From the NCBI RefSeq assembly GCF_036321535.1, contig NC_087437.1:104162001-104226000 (forward strand): DNA of 64,000 nt, in the 5' to 3' direction. A program made the translations under genes and the position numbers. The DNA comes from Camelus dromedarius (taxonomy: Eukaryota). The notes under the pieces were generated by a model. It saw nothing but the letters and a program-made list of their open reading frames with translations. It had not been told where the DNA came from and did not search any database. Every line of letters starts with the position of its first letter. The stretch's first letter is position 1. Positions 37,400-50,639 of this stretch are shown one piece after another.

Positions 37400-38100
37400 A
37401 GAGGCCAGACTACTGACATTAGGCTTTACTCCTTAGCGAGAGTTTTGAGTTTTCATTATTACACTGAAAGCAATGCTTAAAGAAAGTTAATCTGGAGGTA
37501 AAAATGGCAGAAATCTGACAAGTAGAAATGGGGAGGGGGGAGTCGAATTTGAGAAATAAGGTTTATAGAAGTGAAGTGTCCAGTGCAAGGTGATGGCAGT
37601 ACATAATACAAGGGAATAACTACATACAAAATAATTTTTAAAAATGAAATTTAGAATTTGGTGATTGATTAGCTCCAGGGGCCAAGAGGGGAAGAGAATT
37701 AATTGTGCTTGAAGTTTTCAAACAGCTATGGTGATTGAAGAATGACAAAGCCCCTGCATTACAGAGTCAAATGAAGAGAATTTTGTTGAAAGGAAAAGAT
37801 ACCAGAGTAAGTCACGTGCCTTGATGCCACTTGTAAGACAATGCTAGTAACAGCTGAAAATGTGATGATGCTACAAAGCGGAAAGCTGATGTCAGAGACT
37901 GGGGATGGGTTAGGGAATATGTCTATGTGCATTTCAAAGTGCTTTAAAAATTAACGTGTTTCAGAAGACTACAACATGCAGAAGATTGAAAAGGGGAGGG
38001 GAAAAATACATTAGAAAAGAAGCACAAAAGAGAAGAGCTGGAGTTCAAAAAAGGTGCTAACGGATTCTAAAGGAAGCTTTTAGAAACCAGGGTAGAAATT
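37400..38100 (-). mobile_element. Highly degenerate L2 fragment
   Basis: ggctttactc, aaagttaatctgg, gtccagtgcaaggtgatgg, agaatttggtgattgattag. Confidence 0.45.
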
Positions 38101-38659
38101 CAGGCACGAGGAAGTTATCTATCAAGGATTATTAATATTAGTGTTATATAAGTGATTTAAATTATTTTCCCACAGTAAGAAATGGTACATTTAAAACAAA
38201 ATAAACAGAGGTATGACAGAGTTGTGAGATATTAAAGACACTTTTGGAAGAAAAAAATATATATATAGTAAAACTGTAAGAGAAGAGATGAGCAATCAGA
38301 AATTCAGCAAGAAATTAATCTGTGCATTAGCACTTTTTTTTGGTGCCTTTTTCCACTCATGTTTTTTAGTTATAAAAAGTCTCTCAATGACTTTTTCTCC
38401 TTTGTAAGTTTGTGACGATTGAAGCCATCAGTCTATTACACATATTTGCTGCCTTTTAATCTGTTTTCTGCTCTTAATTAAATAATCTCTTCAAATAACA
38501 TAAAAGCATAGGAATTTGTGTAAAGCTTAAACATGCTCATTGCTTTAAGTCCCAATCATGGTTTCTGAAAAAAATGTTTTCAAATAAAACTAAATTAGAA
38601 ACACAAATATTGAATCAACATCATTATTTATTGCTTCTATAATTTCTTCAAGGAATCTC

Positions 38660-39853
38660 CTATGTTTTGTGGGATGGTAGGGGTCAGGTAGGGGTCTAAC
38701 TTAGGCAGGCACTTCACATTGCAAAACTACTTCTTATCATAAAGATATAGCTAGGACTTCCAGGACTATGTTGAATAGGGGTGGTGATAGTGGACATCCT
38801 TGTCTTGTCCCAGATTTTAGTGGGAAGCTTTTGAGTATTTCACCGTTGAGTACTATGCTGGCTGTAGGTTTGTCATATGTAGCTCTTATTATGTTGTGGT
38901 ATGATCCCTATATACCCACTTTGGTGAGAGTTTTTATCATAAATGGGTGTTGAATTTTATCAAATGCTTTTTCTGCATCGATTGAGATGATCATGTGGTT
39001 TTTTTTGTCCTTTCTCTTATTGATGTGATGTATTACATTGATTGATTTGCGTATGTTGAACCACCCTTGTGTCCCTGGGGTGAACCCCATTTGGTCATGA
39101 AGAATGTCATTCTAAGTGAAGTAAGCCAGAAAGAGAAAGAAAAATACCATATGAGATCGCTCATATGTGGAATCTAAAAAAACAAACAAACAAAAAATAA
39201 CCAAAACATAAATACAGAACAGAAATAGACTCACAGACATAGAATAGAGACTTGTGGTTGCCAAGGGGGTAGGGGGCGGGAAGAGATAGACTGGGATTTC
39301 AAAATTGTAGAATAGATAAACAAGATTATACTGGGTAGCACAGGGAAATATATACAAGATCTTACGGTAGCTCATAGAGAAAGGAATGTGACAATGAATA
39401 TATATGTGTTCATGTATAATTGAAAAATCGTGCTCTACACACACGTGCTTTGACACAACATTGTAAAATGATTATAAATCAATAAAAATGTTAAAAAAAA
39501 ATAAAGATATGTTTCTTTTTCCTTTGAATAAAAAAAATCCAACACACAAATATATCCAAATGTTTAGTGAGTTTTGGATACACTGCATATGGCTGATGGT
39601 GCTGTCAAGCCCTCTTACTTGAGGACTAGTTATTATTTATCTTGAGACCATGTGTGGGGTAGGATGTATCCGCGTGCCTGTATAAGAGGGTGCGCTTTCT
39701 TTCTGACTTTACAACCTCTCAGCAGCTTGCCTGGGATGAACACCACATTCTGGTTTAGTGCTTACTCAGTATTAAAGTCTCTTTCCTTCCCTTCTACCTT
39801 TGTGGAGAAGCTTACAAGGTTAGGGGTTTGTCTTTATATCTTCTAAATTACAC
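38660..39853 (+). mobile_element. Old ERV1-class LTR (MER89/LTR37-like) interrupted by a young L1 (LTR pieces about 38660-38748 and 39511-39853)
   Basis: atcataaagatat|gtttc is continuous across the L1; ggtgctgtcaagccctcttacttgaggactagttattatttatcttgag, cacattctggtttagtgctt, ctacctttgtggaga. Confidence 0.7.
38749..39500 (+). mobile_element. Young camelid-type L1, 5'-truncated with 5' inversion (38749-39100 antisense ORF2 RT; 39101-39500 sense ORF2 end, 3' UTR and polyA)
   Basis: ORF 38908-39090(-) [16 protein letters not shown]...[18 protein letters not shown] is L1 ORF2; 3' UTR ends aataaaaatgttaaaaaaaa; 10-bp TSD ataaagatat at 38739-38748 and 39501-39510. Confidence 0.95.
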
Positions 39854-40679
39854 ATATGAGTTGCAGTCATATTCTTCAGAGAATCTGAGGGAGAAGTGGT
39901 AAAAGGGGATATTACAGTTCAAAAGTTATATGAACCAGAATTGTCACTTTTTTGCTCACTTTAAATGATGTTTAGCATACAGGTTGGCATCTTTATTACA
40001 TATAGTGAAGATCTGTCATGAATGCAATTAAATGATTAAGTGTAATAAATCATTCAATGATTATAATTATTAGGATCATAATCCTAATAATTTAATTAGG
40101 ATTACAACAGCTACTCATCTCTTCTGGACATCTCCATTCTGTCATCCCTTCTCAGTCTCCCATTTTCCATCTGCAGTTTGTGTTTCCTAGTATCTAGTAA
40201 CTTCAATGATTTTCAGTGGTGCCAAACTTTTAGGGTTAAAAGAAAGAAAAACAAACATAACATATGTAGTTTCACAAAGCTGGTCTAATTGTAGTTATGC
40301 GCACACACTCACACATGCACTTTCACACATACTATTTTGAAGACCTCTCCAATAAACTGAGGGTTTTTTCTACTCCTTTGTCTTCTGATGCTGTCTTTAC
40401 CATGCTTGTTGGTCTTTTGGAATTATTAGAGATTCTCTATAAACAAAGGTATATGAGATTACATTCAGCCATGACTAGAGTAAGAGTTAAATATCTGATG
40501 GTGCTTTCTTGATTCTTCTTACAAAAAGGGGCTTAGCAGACCCTTGGTCTTTCTTATTTATGGTTGCTTTAGGTCTCCAGTTCTTTGTATCTGAACATTT
40601 TACTGTTGTTTAATTTCTAGAGGATAATCAATAAGTGCATAAATAATGTATATTATTATTCAATATTAATAACAATGCA

Positions 40680-40905
40680 GTACCATTACTCACACTTTAT
40701 CGAATACTTGCTGATTATCTAGCACTAATAATATAAGGACTTCATGTCCATATTTACATGGTCTGCATAGCCTTCACTACCCAATGAACAGTGTATCATC
40801 ATGACTCTTTAAAAGTGTTAGAACTTGTGATTCAGAGAGTCAAGTGTCAGAGCCAAGAATTTCTACAGCCTGACTACATAGCCCGCACCTTTAACCACTA
40901 TGCTT
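40680..40905 (-). mobile_element. MIR SINE fragment
   Basis: ctttatcgaatacttgct...agcact, gattcagagag...gtcagagccaagaat...cctgact...tttaaccactatgct. Confidence 0.6.
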
Positions 40906-40971
40906 TAATAAAAATACTTGTGAATAAGTGGCAGAGCTTGGAGTAAATAAATCAGGTCCAACTTTTGGCAT

Positions 40972-41296
40972 TTCTATAGTTTCAATATTTATGTCTCTCC
41001 AAAATTCATATGTAGAAATCCTAACCACCCAAAAGTGATGGTATTAGTAGGTGCAGCCTTTGGGAGGTGCTTATGTCATGAGAGTTTTATATGATTAGTG
41101 CCTCATCAAAGAGACTCCATGAGATCCCATGCTCCATCCACCACATGAGGACACAAGAAGTCTGTGATCCAGAAGAGAACCCTCACTTCACCCTCATCTC
41201 AGACTTCCAGACTCTAAAACTGTGAGAAATAAGTTTGCTGTTTATAGCTACTCAGTCTGTGGGATTTTGCTAGAGCAGCCTGCAAGAACTGAGACA
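40972..41296 (+). mobile_element. MLT1A/MLT1A0-like solo LTR
   Basis: ccaaaattcatatgtagaaatcctaacc...gcctttgggaggtg...ctcagacttccag...actgtgagaaataa...actgagaca; perfect 5-bp TSD ggcat at 40967-40971 and 41297-41301. Confidence 0.92.
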
Positions 41297-43039
41297 GGCA
41301 TGATGTAACATAGATTGGGGTGAATGCTGTTTTTCTCCTTCAGCAAAGTGGCTCACATCATTGAGAAGCAGACAGCCATATGGTTAATATCAGTTATAGG
41401 AGACAACCACAGGAAAATGATGGTTAAAACATAAGGATGGCTGAAATTTGGACACCAGGTCCAGGGACATAATGGAAAGTGAAACTGGCAAAGAAGAAGC
41501 CAAGCAAGTTAATTTCATGAGTACATGAGAGATATTTTAATAAGCACAAGAAAGAAGGATGAAGGAGTTTAAGGTTGCAGACATTTTGTTGTTACTGTTG
41601 TGACTGAGGTATTGAGATACAAATATATCTTTTTGCTTCTATTACTATCACTCAAATAATTGCCCAGATCATAATTGTTGTATCCATGTTGTGTAAAATT
41701 CCATACTGTACATTACTTATTAAAATATTTAGCTAAAAACCAGTTTACGTGTGCTAGTTTTATTCCCAATTCAAAAATTATAATCCTCGTAGAAGAAAAA
41801 ACCTCTGGTCACCAGCAAATTGCTTGTCTAATTTGCATCAGTTAGGTAGTCTGGACTAAACTGACACTTCTAGTAGAGGTTACAGAAAGTAATAACAAGG
41901 TTGTAATAGCCTCAAAGTCTCAAAGAGTAAAAATTCCATTTAAGCTGTTTTGTAGGGTGAACAGGATTTTTTTGAGGAAAATAACAGGAAAAGAAAACAT
42001 TTGCTATGGGGATCACTCCATTAACCAACATGGAAATTTAGAGAAGAGCGTTAGAGTTACAGGAGCTGACAATAGCTTAGAAATGGGGGTGATCACGTGG
42101 CATGTTGAAGTTTTATTAAGAAATTTGGCTAATTAGATAAGCACAGGTTTATTTAATACCTTAAACTTGTCTATGACATTGTGAATACTTCTGTAATAAG
42201 GAAGAATCAGAGAAGCACTTAAAACATAAAGACATACATGAAATAGTTTAACTGAAACAATATTATACATTTTTAACAACCAAAGCAAAATTTTGTGATT
42301 TTATAAGATATCAGCTTGCATAAAGTTTATGATATTTTTCTTATAATAAATTTCCTCCTGTTATAAGTTCTTTCAATTAACATTGTCCAATAATTTCCCT
42401 CACCATGTAAACAATTATTCTGATGCTATTAGGATTTGCTCACCATTTCTTACGTTCCGTGGGGAAAAACAAGCCAGAGTAATTGTCCATGTGCTTAATT
42501 GTTGTCTCACTATTCACCCAGAGTTATTCTTTTATGCTACAGTAGAGCGTGAACAATAATAAAGAAGATCACTCCAGGAAGATGTCAGCAAACCACAGTT
42601 CTACTATAGTTGACTGAACCTCTTCAATGTGGTTGAAGACAATAATGAAATATTGATCCAACCACCTCATTCTCATTTCCCTGTTTTCTTCCCCTTTGGA
42701 GATAAGTGTATTATACATCATGATCTAGGTACTGAATTATCTATAGAGTTTTGCAAAATGATTAATAAATATTAATCCCTTGCCATGTAAAACAACACAC
42801 ACTTTGGTAGGGAGGCCATTCTCTTTATGTGAATTAGAGAATCTGTATCTGAACTATGCCTTTGGGGATCTGACATGATGCTATATAATACCTTGTGTAT
42901 TAAGTCTAGTTTATTTTGTGTCCCCTTAGAGACTAAGCTATACTAACCATCATCTTTCTTTCAGTTTGCTCATCTGAGGATTAATAAACAGCCAGAGGAT
43001 TGTCTTACTTTTAATAAAATTAAACTATAAATTAAAATG

Positions 43040-43508
43040 CATAAAGATTAAAATGCATGGTGGTGTAAGCCTCAGCTATGTCTCCACGTGGCTCCGTTGA
43101 ACAGTACTCTGATCTGTACTTGAAGGGGACATTCTGAAGATCTCTGGAATTTTCTCTGGGTAGCTCTCTCCTCTCCGATAGCCCACCACGTTAACTTTCT
43201 TGTTCTCCCAGCATTCAGTTAATCCTCCTCAGGGATTGCATCAGGTTTCACCTAGGTCCTGCCCCATCCCCCAACCCCCATCACTCCCACCATCACCAAG
43301 TGCTGCTAGTTCAAAGCATTGAAAAGAAACAATTGTAGCATGTACTTTGTTTGTATTGAGGATTGCTGGCATCCATTGCCTGATGTCCGGTATCACCTAA
43401 CAAGCATCATCATTTATTGTTTGATTGTTTTAGTTTTGATTTTACTTTTTGTTATTTCTGGCAGGAAAGTAAATCTGATCTCTGTCACTATATCTTAGCT
43501 GATAGCTG
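43040..43508 (-). mobile_element. Old L1M 5' end, same type as 22800-23305, opposite strand
   Basis: agatctctggaattttctctg...gctctctcctctcc and ggcaggaaagtaaatctgatctctgtcactatatctt are reverse complements of landmarks in that 5' UTR. Confidence 0.75.
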
Positions 43509-43514
43509 ATCACT

Positions 43515-46500
43515 TGCTATGATTTTAATTGGAATTATGATATATAAATAGATCAGTTTGGGGAAAATGGATGTATCAACTAGATTGTGTCTTCCAATGC
43601 ATGAACATGGTATAATTCTATATTTACTTAAGTCTTCTTTAATTTGTCATAACAATGCTTTGGGATTTTCAAGGTAGAAGTGTGGCATACGATCCATTAG
43701 ATTTATTCTTGAAGATTTTTTTTATCTTTAATATAACAGTAAATTGGTTTTATAAAATAATTTCTTATTGTTTATCTCTGTTATATAAAAAGTGCTACTG
43801 AATTTCGTCTTGTGATGTTGCTGTATTCTCCTGGTAATTCTTTTAGTTTTTGAGGATTCCTAAGACCATATAAATAAATAATTGTATCTGTGAATGAATG
43901 AATTTTAACTTATTTTCCAATATTCTGACACTTTTTCCTTGACTCACATTACTGGTTAGGATTTATAGTACAATGATGATAATGGGTATCTTTCGATTTT
44001 CTCTCTGATCATAAAGACAGGATGTTTAATGTTTCAAATATTAACTATGGTATAAATGGTATAGTATAAATGGCATTTTATTAGTACTTTTTACCAAAGC
44101 GATGAAATTTACTTCTGTTATGGATTAAATTGTAACCACCCAAAATGAGTATGTTTGAATCCTAACTCCCCATGCCTCAGAATGTGACCTTATAGGGAAA
44201 CAGAATCGATGCAGGTATGATTAATTGTTAAGATGAAATGATACTGGAGAAGGGTCGGCCCCTAGTTCAATGAAGACTTATAAAAAGGGAACTTTGGACA
44301 CAGACATGCATACACAGGGAAAACTCCTTAAGAAGATGGACTTATGCTACTATAAGCTGACGAACCACCAGAAGCTAAGTAAGAGACCTGGAGCAGATCT
44401 CCCCCCAGCACCATCAGAGCGAGCATGGCTCAGCTAATACTTTGATGTCAGATTTCTGGCCAACAGAACTGGGAGGAAATCAATTTCTGTTGTTCTAAGT
44501 CTCTCAGTCTGTGGTACTTTTGTTACAGCAGCTCTAGAAAACTCGTATGATTTATATTCTTAGTTCTGGGATTTCTTTTAAATATCATGACTACCTATTT
44601 ATTTTTTATTTTCTGCTTCTATTGAGATAATATTTTTCCCCCTTTTGATTTTAATGTGTGAATACTATTGTTTGGTTTTCAAATGTTAAACCAACATTGC
44701 ATTCTTTAATAAACTTCACTTGGTCATGAAATATTGTTTTTATACATTTCTGAATGAATGTCCTAATATTTATTTGAAGAATTTTGTACTTTTGTTCAAG
44801 TATATTGATGTTCAGTTTTTGTTTATTTGATAATATCTTTGTCAGGTTTTACTATTGGGGTTTTTCCAGCTTCCTAAAATGAGCTGGGAATTATCCTTAT
44901 TAGTGGATTTCTGAGATTATGTATTATTATTTCTTCCTATGGGTTTGATAGAATTTAGCAGTGAAGCAAATTAGACCTGAAGATTTTTTTGAAGAAAGGT
45001 TATTTTGAATTAAAAATTCATTTCATAATGAATAGATAATTATTCAAACTTTCTAATTCTTCTTCTGTTAGCATAAGTAAGCAAAATATCATAAAGCTTT
45101 TTGTGATTCCATCTACTATGTCAAAATTATTGCCATTAAAGAATTTATATTATTTTTATTATAATTTTTATGCCTTTTCACATACTGATATTGTTATTTA
45201 GTATTGTCTGTGTTTTTCAATATATCTATATTAAAAAGAGAATTTTAAATTATTGTTGATTTTTTTTTCTATTTGCTCTTTTACTGATTTCTATTTTTAG
45301 TCTTACTATTTCCAGTCTTTTCACTATGTGATTACTTTTCTTTGTTTAGTTTCTTAATGTGAAAGCTTAAGATTATTGATCTACATTCCTCCTTTTGTAT
45401 TATAGTTACTTAAAGATCTAAATTTCCATGTAAACATTGCTCGGGCTGCATTTTCAAATTCTGATATGCTGACTTGTGGTCTTCAGTCATATTGTAGTGT
45501 TTTCCAGTTTTCTCTGTGCTTTCTTCTTTATCCCATGAATATGTATTAGCAGTGAGTTGCTTAATTTCTAAATACTGAGAATTTTCGGATAACGTAGTGT
45601 ATCTATGTTAATACTGTTACAATAGGAGAACAAACTATACCTGATTTCAGACCTGCAAAATTTGCTGAGGTATTTTATGGCTCAAAATATGGGCTACGTT
45701 GGCAATATTGGTAAACATTCCATGTAAATGTGGAAGGAATGCTAATAAGGACAGTCTGAGTTTTCTGTTTTTAGTTAATTTAAACATACTTAAAAATAAC
45801 TCCGGTAGTACTCTTACTCTTGAGGTTTACTTTGTCTGCTGTTAATACAGCGTAATATTTTAGTTTAGTTGTAGCTTTCTCAAGTTGTTTTCATTTTACC
45901 TCATTCATCTTTTTATTTTCTGTTTTATTTCCTGTCTCTGTTTCAAACTTTATTTAAATTGTGTTTTTGTAAACAATTTCTATCTGTATGGAACAGTGAT
46001 GTTTAATTAAAAATTTCTACCATTTAAACAAAAATATTAATTTCTTTAATTTAACGATTGGCAGGCAATTTTAATTCAATCATCTTTTTTTTGTTTTCTA
46101 TTTATTATGCCTATTCTTTTTCCCTCTTTTTCTTCTTTTATGTCTTCTTTGAGTTAGTATAAGTAAGTAGGATTTTACAATGTTTTTTCCAATTTTTAGT
46201 ATTCTATCTTATCTGGGTGTTTGTATTTTTGATTATTATTTATCCTGGGTTTTGTGTTTTGCAGAGATTCTTGGATATGCAGTATTGTCTTTTATTAAAT
46301 TTGACAATTTTTAGGCATTATTTCCTCAAATAATTATTCTGCTACCTTCTCTATCTTTACCTTATAGGACTCTGATTTTACTTATGTTACACTGTCTGGA
46401 TTGTCACAAATGTCTTGAGGAAATCTTTTACTGTAGGTCAGAGTCTGTTAATGACTTTATCCCTTCAGTGTTGGTCACATTTTCCTGCTTTTTCATGAAA

Positions 46501-46960
46501 GGCCGATGCAGTTGCTTTTGTTTTCAGTCTGTGTGTATTAAAGGGGTAGAAAGCTGTATAAATTTATCTATTTTTGAACTGGATCTGGGCTACACTGCAG
46601 CTTTAATTAAGTTCAATTTACCACTGGCTTCAAATATTTTCAAATCAGGTTAAAGCTTTCTATTTTTTAAAAGGGCATATGAACACCAAGGGACTTTGGA
46701 CAACCCAAACACCAGCTTTTTAATCCGCAGCAGATGTTTGTCTGGTTTACAGCAAACTTACGAGATTTTGTTTTCCACTTGCCCTTCCACTTTCCCCACC
46801 CCTAAATTACCTCTTTATCCTACTACCCTGTGGCCAGTCTTCTGCAGGGTACCACAATCCACTAACAAAAGACCACTCACCAGATGGTGATGCTCTTGAG
46901 ATCCTGTCCTCTACAGCAGCCTTGTCATATCTCCAGAGATTCCTCTTGTCTTCTTCACAT
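43515..46960 (-). mobile_element. Long decayed old L1 (ORF2 through ORF1/5' region), antisense, interrupted by MLT1C
   Basis: tagatcagtttggggaaaatgg, cttccaatgcatgaacatgg, caaatgttaaaccaacattgcatt, cacttggtcatga, gcagtgaagc; ORF1-like gcagagattcttggat...cattatttcctcaaata. Confidence 0.8.
44116..44549 (+). mobile_element. MLT1C-like solo LTR inserted in the L1
   Basis: tgttatggattaaattgt...cctcagaatgtgacctta...accaccagaagcta...tttctgttgttctaag...gttacagcagctctagaaaact; L1 resumes on both sides. Confidence 0.9.
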
Positions 46961-47049
46961 GTCTATAGCCTTCAATGTGCTGCTGATACATAACTAGTAA
47001 AGACTCAATGGGATAGGAATGGCAGCATGACTGGGGGACATCAGGGTTA

Positions 47050-47350
47050 CACTTGGCCCTCTGTATCAGCAGATTCCATATCCTCGGATTCAACTAACCA
47101 CTAACCAAAAATATGCAAAAATTTTTTTCAGAAAGTTCCAGAAAGTGAAACTTCAATTTGCTGCATGTCTGTAACTATCTATATAACTTTGTATTACATT
47201 AGGTATTATAGGTAATTTAGACATGATTTAAAGTACTCAGGTTATATGCAACTACTATGCCATTTTATATAAGGGTCTCGGGCATCCACAGATTTTGATA
47301 TTCACAGGGGATCCTGAAATCAATCACCCACAGATATGGAGGGACAACTG
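47050..47350 (+). mobile_element. Tigger3a-like non-autonomous TcMar-Tigger element
   Basis: TIRs cacttggccctctgtatc ... gatatggagggacaactg, TA TSD on both sides (47048-49, 47351-52). Confidence 0.92.
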
Positions 47351-49949
47351 TATACTTTTTCATATCAATTCACAGTTAAAGATTAAAATTCATTGACAAT
47401 CCAACTGTTTCCTTATTATCCTCTTTAATGGCAGTTTGTGCCTTTATCATGGCCTGAGACCTGAAAGCAACCATGCGTCTCTTCTTTCTGAGGAAGGAGC
47501 TTGTCTGGTATTGCCTCTTTGTTATGAATAAGCAATTATCTCTTCAACCTTTCTATATCCCAACAATATGTGGAAGTGCCTTAATTTAACTTTATGAGCA
47601 AGAAATGCTTTTGTGCCAGAAATCTATACATAAAAATTATCCAGCTACAAGATATTATTAAACATTTTTTGAAAAGCTACCAATGCTTCCCATTCACATA
47701 TATATCATCATTGACGTATGTTGCTGCAGCAAAAGCCTGGCGTGAGCTTTATAGTAGCGAGACAAAGCAAAATACTCAAAATACTCTTAGATCATCAGTG
47801 TCTCTAGTCCTTTAGTTAGGCAGAATGCTACAGGAGATTCTTCTTTGTCACTCTACCCACAAGCTTGTCTTTATGTCTGAGCTACATACGTACCCTGACC
47901 TGTTCATGAAAATAGAATTGCTCCCTGTAAACATACGGGAGCATGAGCCACCTCGAAAGCCTCTGGGCTAACAGTCTCTGTTTCAAAGTGATAAAAAGAG
48001 CCTGGGGATGTTCTGCCCACATATGCATATGTCTCATACTCTAAACTTTGCTCTTTTGAAACTTCTGCAGGGCACCTGTTACTGCTTCCTTTGTTTAAGA
48101 TGGTTATGCTTCTCTTCAAACTTTTGCCAAAAAAAAAAAAAGCAGTATATACACTTTTCCTGTTGCTGCTCTTCTAGGATAGGTATTTGAGTAGAGGAGG
48201 CATTTTATCTAATATTTTGTAACTGATTGCAAGAAAATATATTGTATGCATATATTTTATGGGCATAAGATTAGTCGTAAAATACAGTACTATATCATAC
48301 CCTTAGAAATGACAAGAACTGATATAATAAGATCTTTATCTAACTATTCAAAGCAATTCCTTTGTCATTTTTATTACGCATTGGAAAGGCGGGGTATGAG
48401 GGGATTTAACAGAATGGAACTGAAATAAATGAAACAGTAAATCAGGTTGTTTCAGTGCTGATTGAACAACTGGAGCAACCTGATCTATTGCTGAGTTATT
48501 AGAAGTTATTTTGAGGAAAAAAAAGAGGGAGAGTCAGAGAAAGAACAAACTATTTAACTTAAACTTTCAAAGCTGTCATGAAAAATACACGAATTATGGC
48601 CATAGATTAACCCGTTCTTCAGTAGAATTTTATTATAAATAATCCTATTTTATGATAGAAAGCCCAAGGCTGTTAAAAAAACTACTTATTTGCTAAACTC
48701 AAATACAATAAGCTAAGGGCAATTAAATGAATATTTAAGTATAAGCCATACTCCATTGTTAAATTCCATGATAATTTAGGTTTTTCTTTTAGATTTTAGT
48801 AAGATATAACATTTAATGAATTTACATAACAAGAACAAGTTCTCAGTATCATCAGATGAGTTTTGGCATACCTACCCATCTTGTTTCCTTGTGTATTTGA
48901 CTATGAATTACTAACAACCTCAGTACTTTTAGCAATAAGGCAAAACGTGACAGAAAAAGAATGAAGTCTTAAAGGGGATGATCAGATGCCTTTGAAAAAC
49001 AGACACTTAAGAGCTTGAGGAAGCTTTAAATGAATGAAGGCTATAACAAAACTGTCAGTGATAGAAGGCAGGCTATTAGATATTGAAAGGTTAGGATGCC
49101 CTGGAAAGAGAATTGGTGAGGCTGTAGGTGACATTCATTCCTGAAAGTCAGTGATATCCTTGAAGACACATTGTGACGGTTTTCCCCGTGGAGAGCAGGA
49201 TGCCTGGCCAGGACCATTCTGGGCAATTCATCACGATTGCAAGGGCACCAATCTCAGAGTAACATCAGTGTGTATACTTCAAACACAAATGAAAAATTGT
49301 GGCATGTTCTAGTGTTAGATACGTAGAAAATCTCAGGATTGCTTCTCATTCAATGAATAAATGAATTATAATATTTTTGATATGTACTATGTGCAAAATT
49401 TACTTCTATGAGATGCAGGTTGGTCATATTTCAAGGTGTTTTTTTCCCCTCCACAGTTTAGTATTTGACAGTGATACAGGCTAGGTCAAGCTCTGATTTT
49501 AATTTGACAAGGACATAATGGATTATTTGAGTTTTAAATAAACCTCTAGCACGTAAACATCTTAATAAGGCAGAAATACACAAAGCATCTTACCTTCCAA
49601 ACAACTGGAATTTAAACAGTACTTACACTTCCTTGTGGTTTTACAGAAACTTATTTTATTGGGGGATATTATATCATAAATTCCTCTTTAAAATATTAGA
49701 GAATGAAATTCTCATTTATATAAGAAAAGACTTCTAATTAATCAAGACCCTTAAACACACACGAGAATCTGGATAAAAAGTCAACATTGGGCAAAAATCT
49801 CGTAAGAAACAACTTTTAGCAACTTCATTCATCTCAGCCATGCTAAGATCCAATGTCACCTCTAGAGCACTTACTGTGGGAAATATTTCTTAAATTGTTA
49901 CTATATGTACAAGTCACAGCTATTTGTTATATTCAAAGTATCTTTCTTG

Positions 49950-50135
49950 GGAGTGGGGTGAAAAAAAAAAACAACAACCCCAAAAGGACAAAGGGAAACT
50001 TTAGGAGGTGACAGATGTGTTTATTAGCTAGATTGTGGTGATGATAACATTTGTATGCATACGTCCAAAATCACCAAATTGTGTACACTAATTATGTGCA
50101 GTTCATTTTATAGCAATTATATCTCAGTAAAGCTA
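49950..50135 (+). mobile_element. L1M 3'-terminal fragment
   Basis: ggaaactttaggaggtgacaga...gattgtggtgatg...caaattgtgtacact...caattatatctcagtaaagct. Confidence 0.85.
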
Positions 50136-50639
50136 GGGAGTAACTATCCTTTATGGGTAGCAATGCTTATTTAAAAAATAATGCATCATTTTTCAGAAAA
50201 TTTAAACATTCTTTCATATATGTCATAGATAGTAATTCAAGAAATTATAAAGCTTATTTGAAAATATAAATTAAAAAATTTTAATTATGTTTGCTAATGA
50301 CTGTGTACATTTATATACAATACATGATCGCAGAATTTAATAATCAATATAAGGCTGTAAAGGTTTTTTAAAAAGCACATGAATCTTTAAGAAAATAAAT
50401 TAGCAATGGCTAGAACATAAAGATAAAAATCATGGACTCTAAGTTGTAGCAATTTTGGTATTATATCCAGTCTTCAACTATGCAATTTCGCCTTTAAATA
50501 TGGCTAACTGTATTTCCTTAACTATGCTATCTTAACTATATGACTTTTATCAAAACTATAGTTTGAAGATGCTGGCATCTTTTAATAAAACATTACTGGA
50601 ATATTGGCTTGATAAGTGAAATATTTTATCTATTTATTT

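Noticed and set aside
38908..39090. Reverse transcriptase-like ORF as a novel RT system
   Set aside because: Ordinary L1 ORF2 fragment with an in-frame stop inside a truncated insertion
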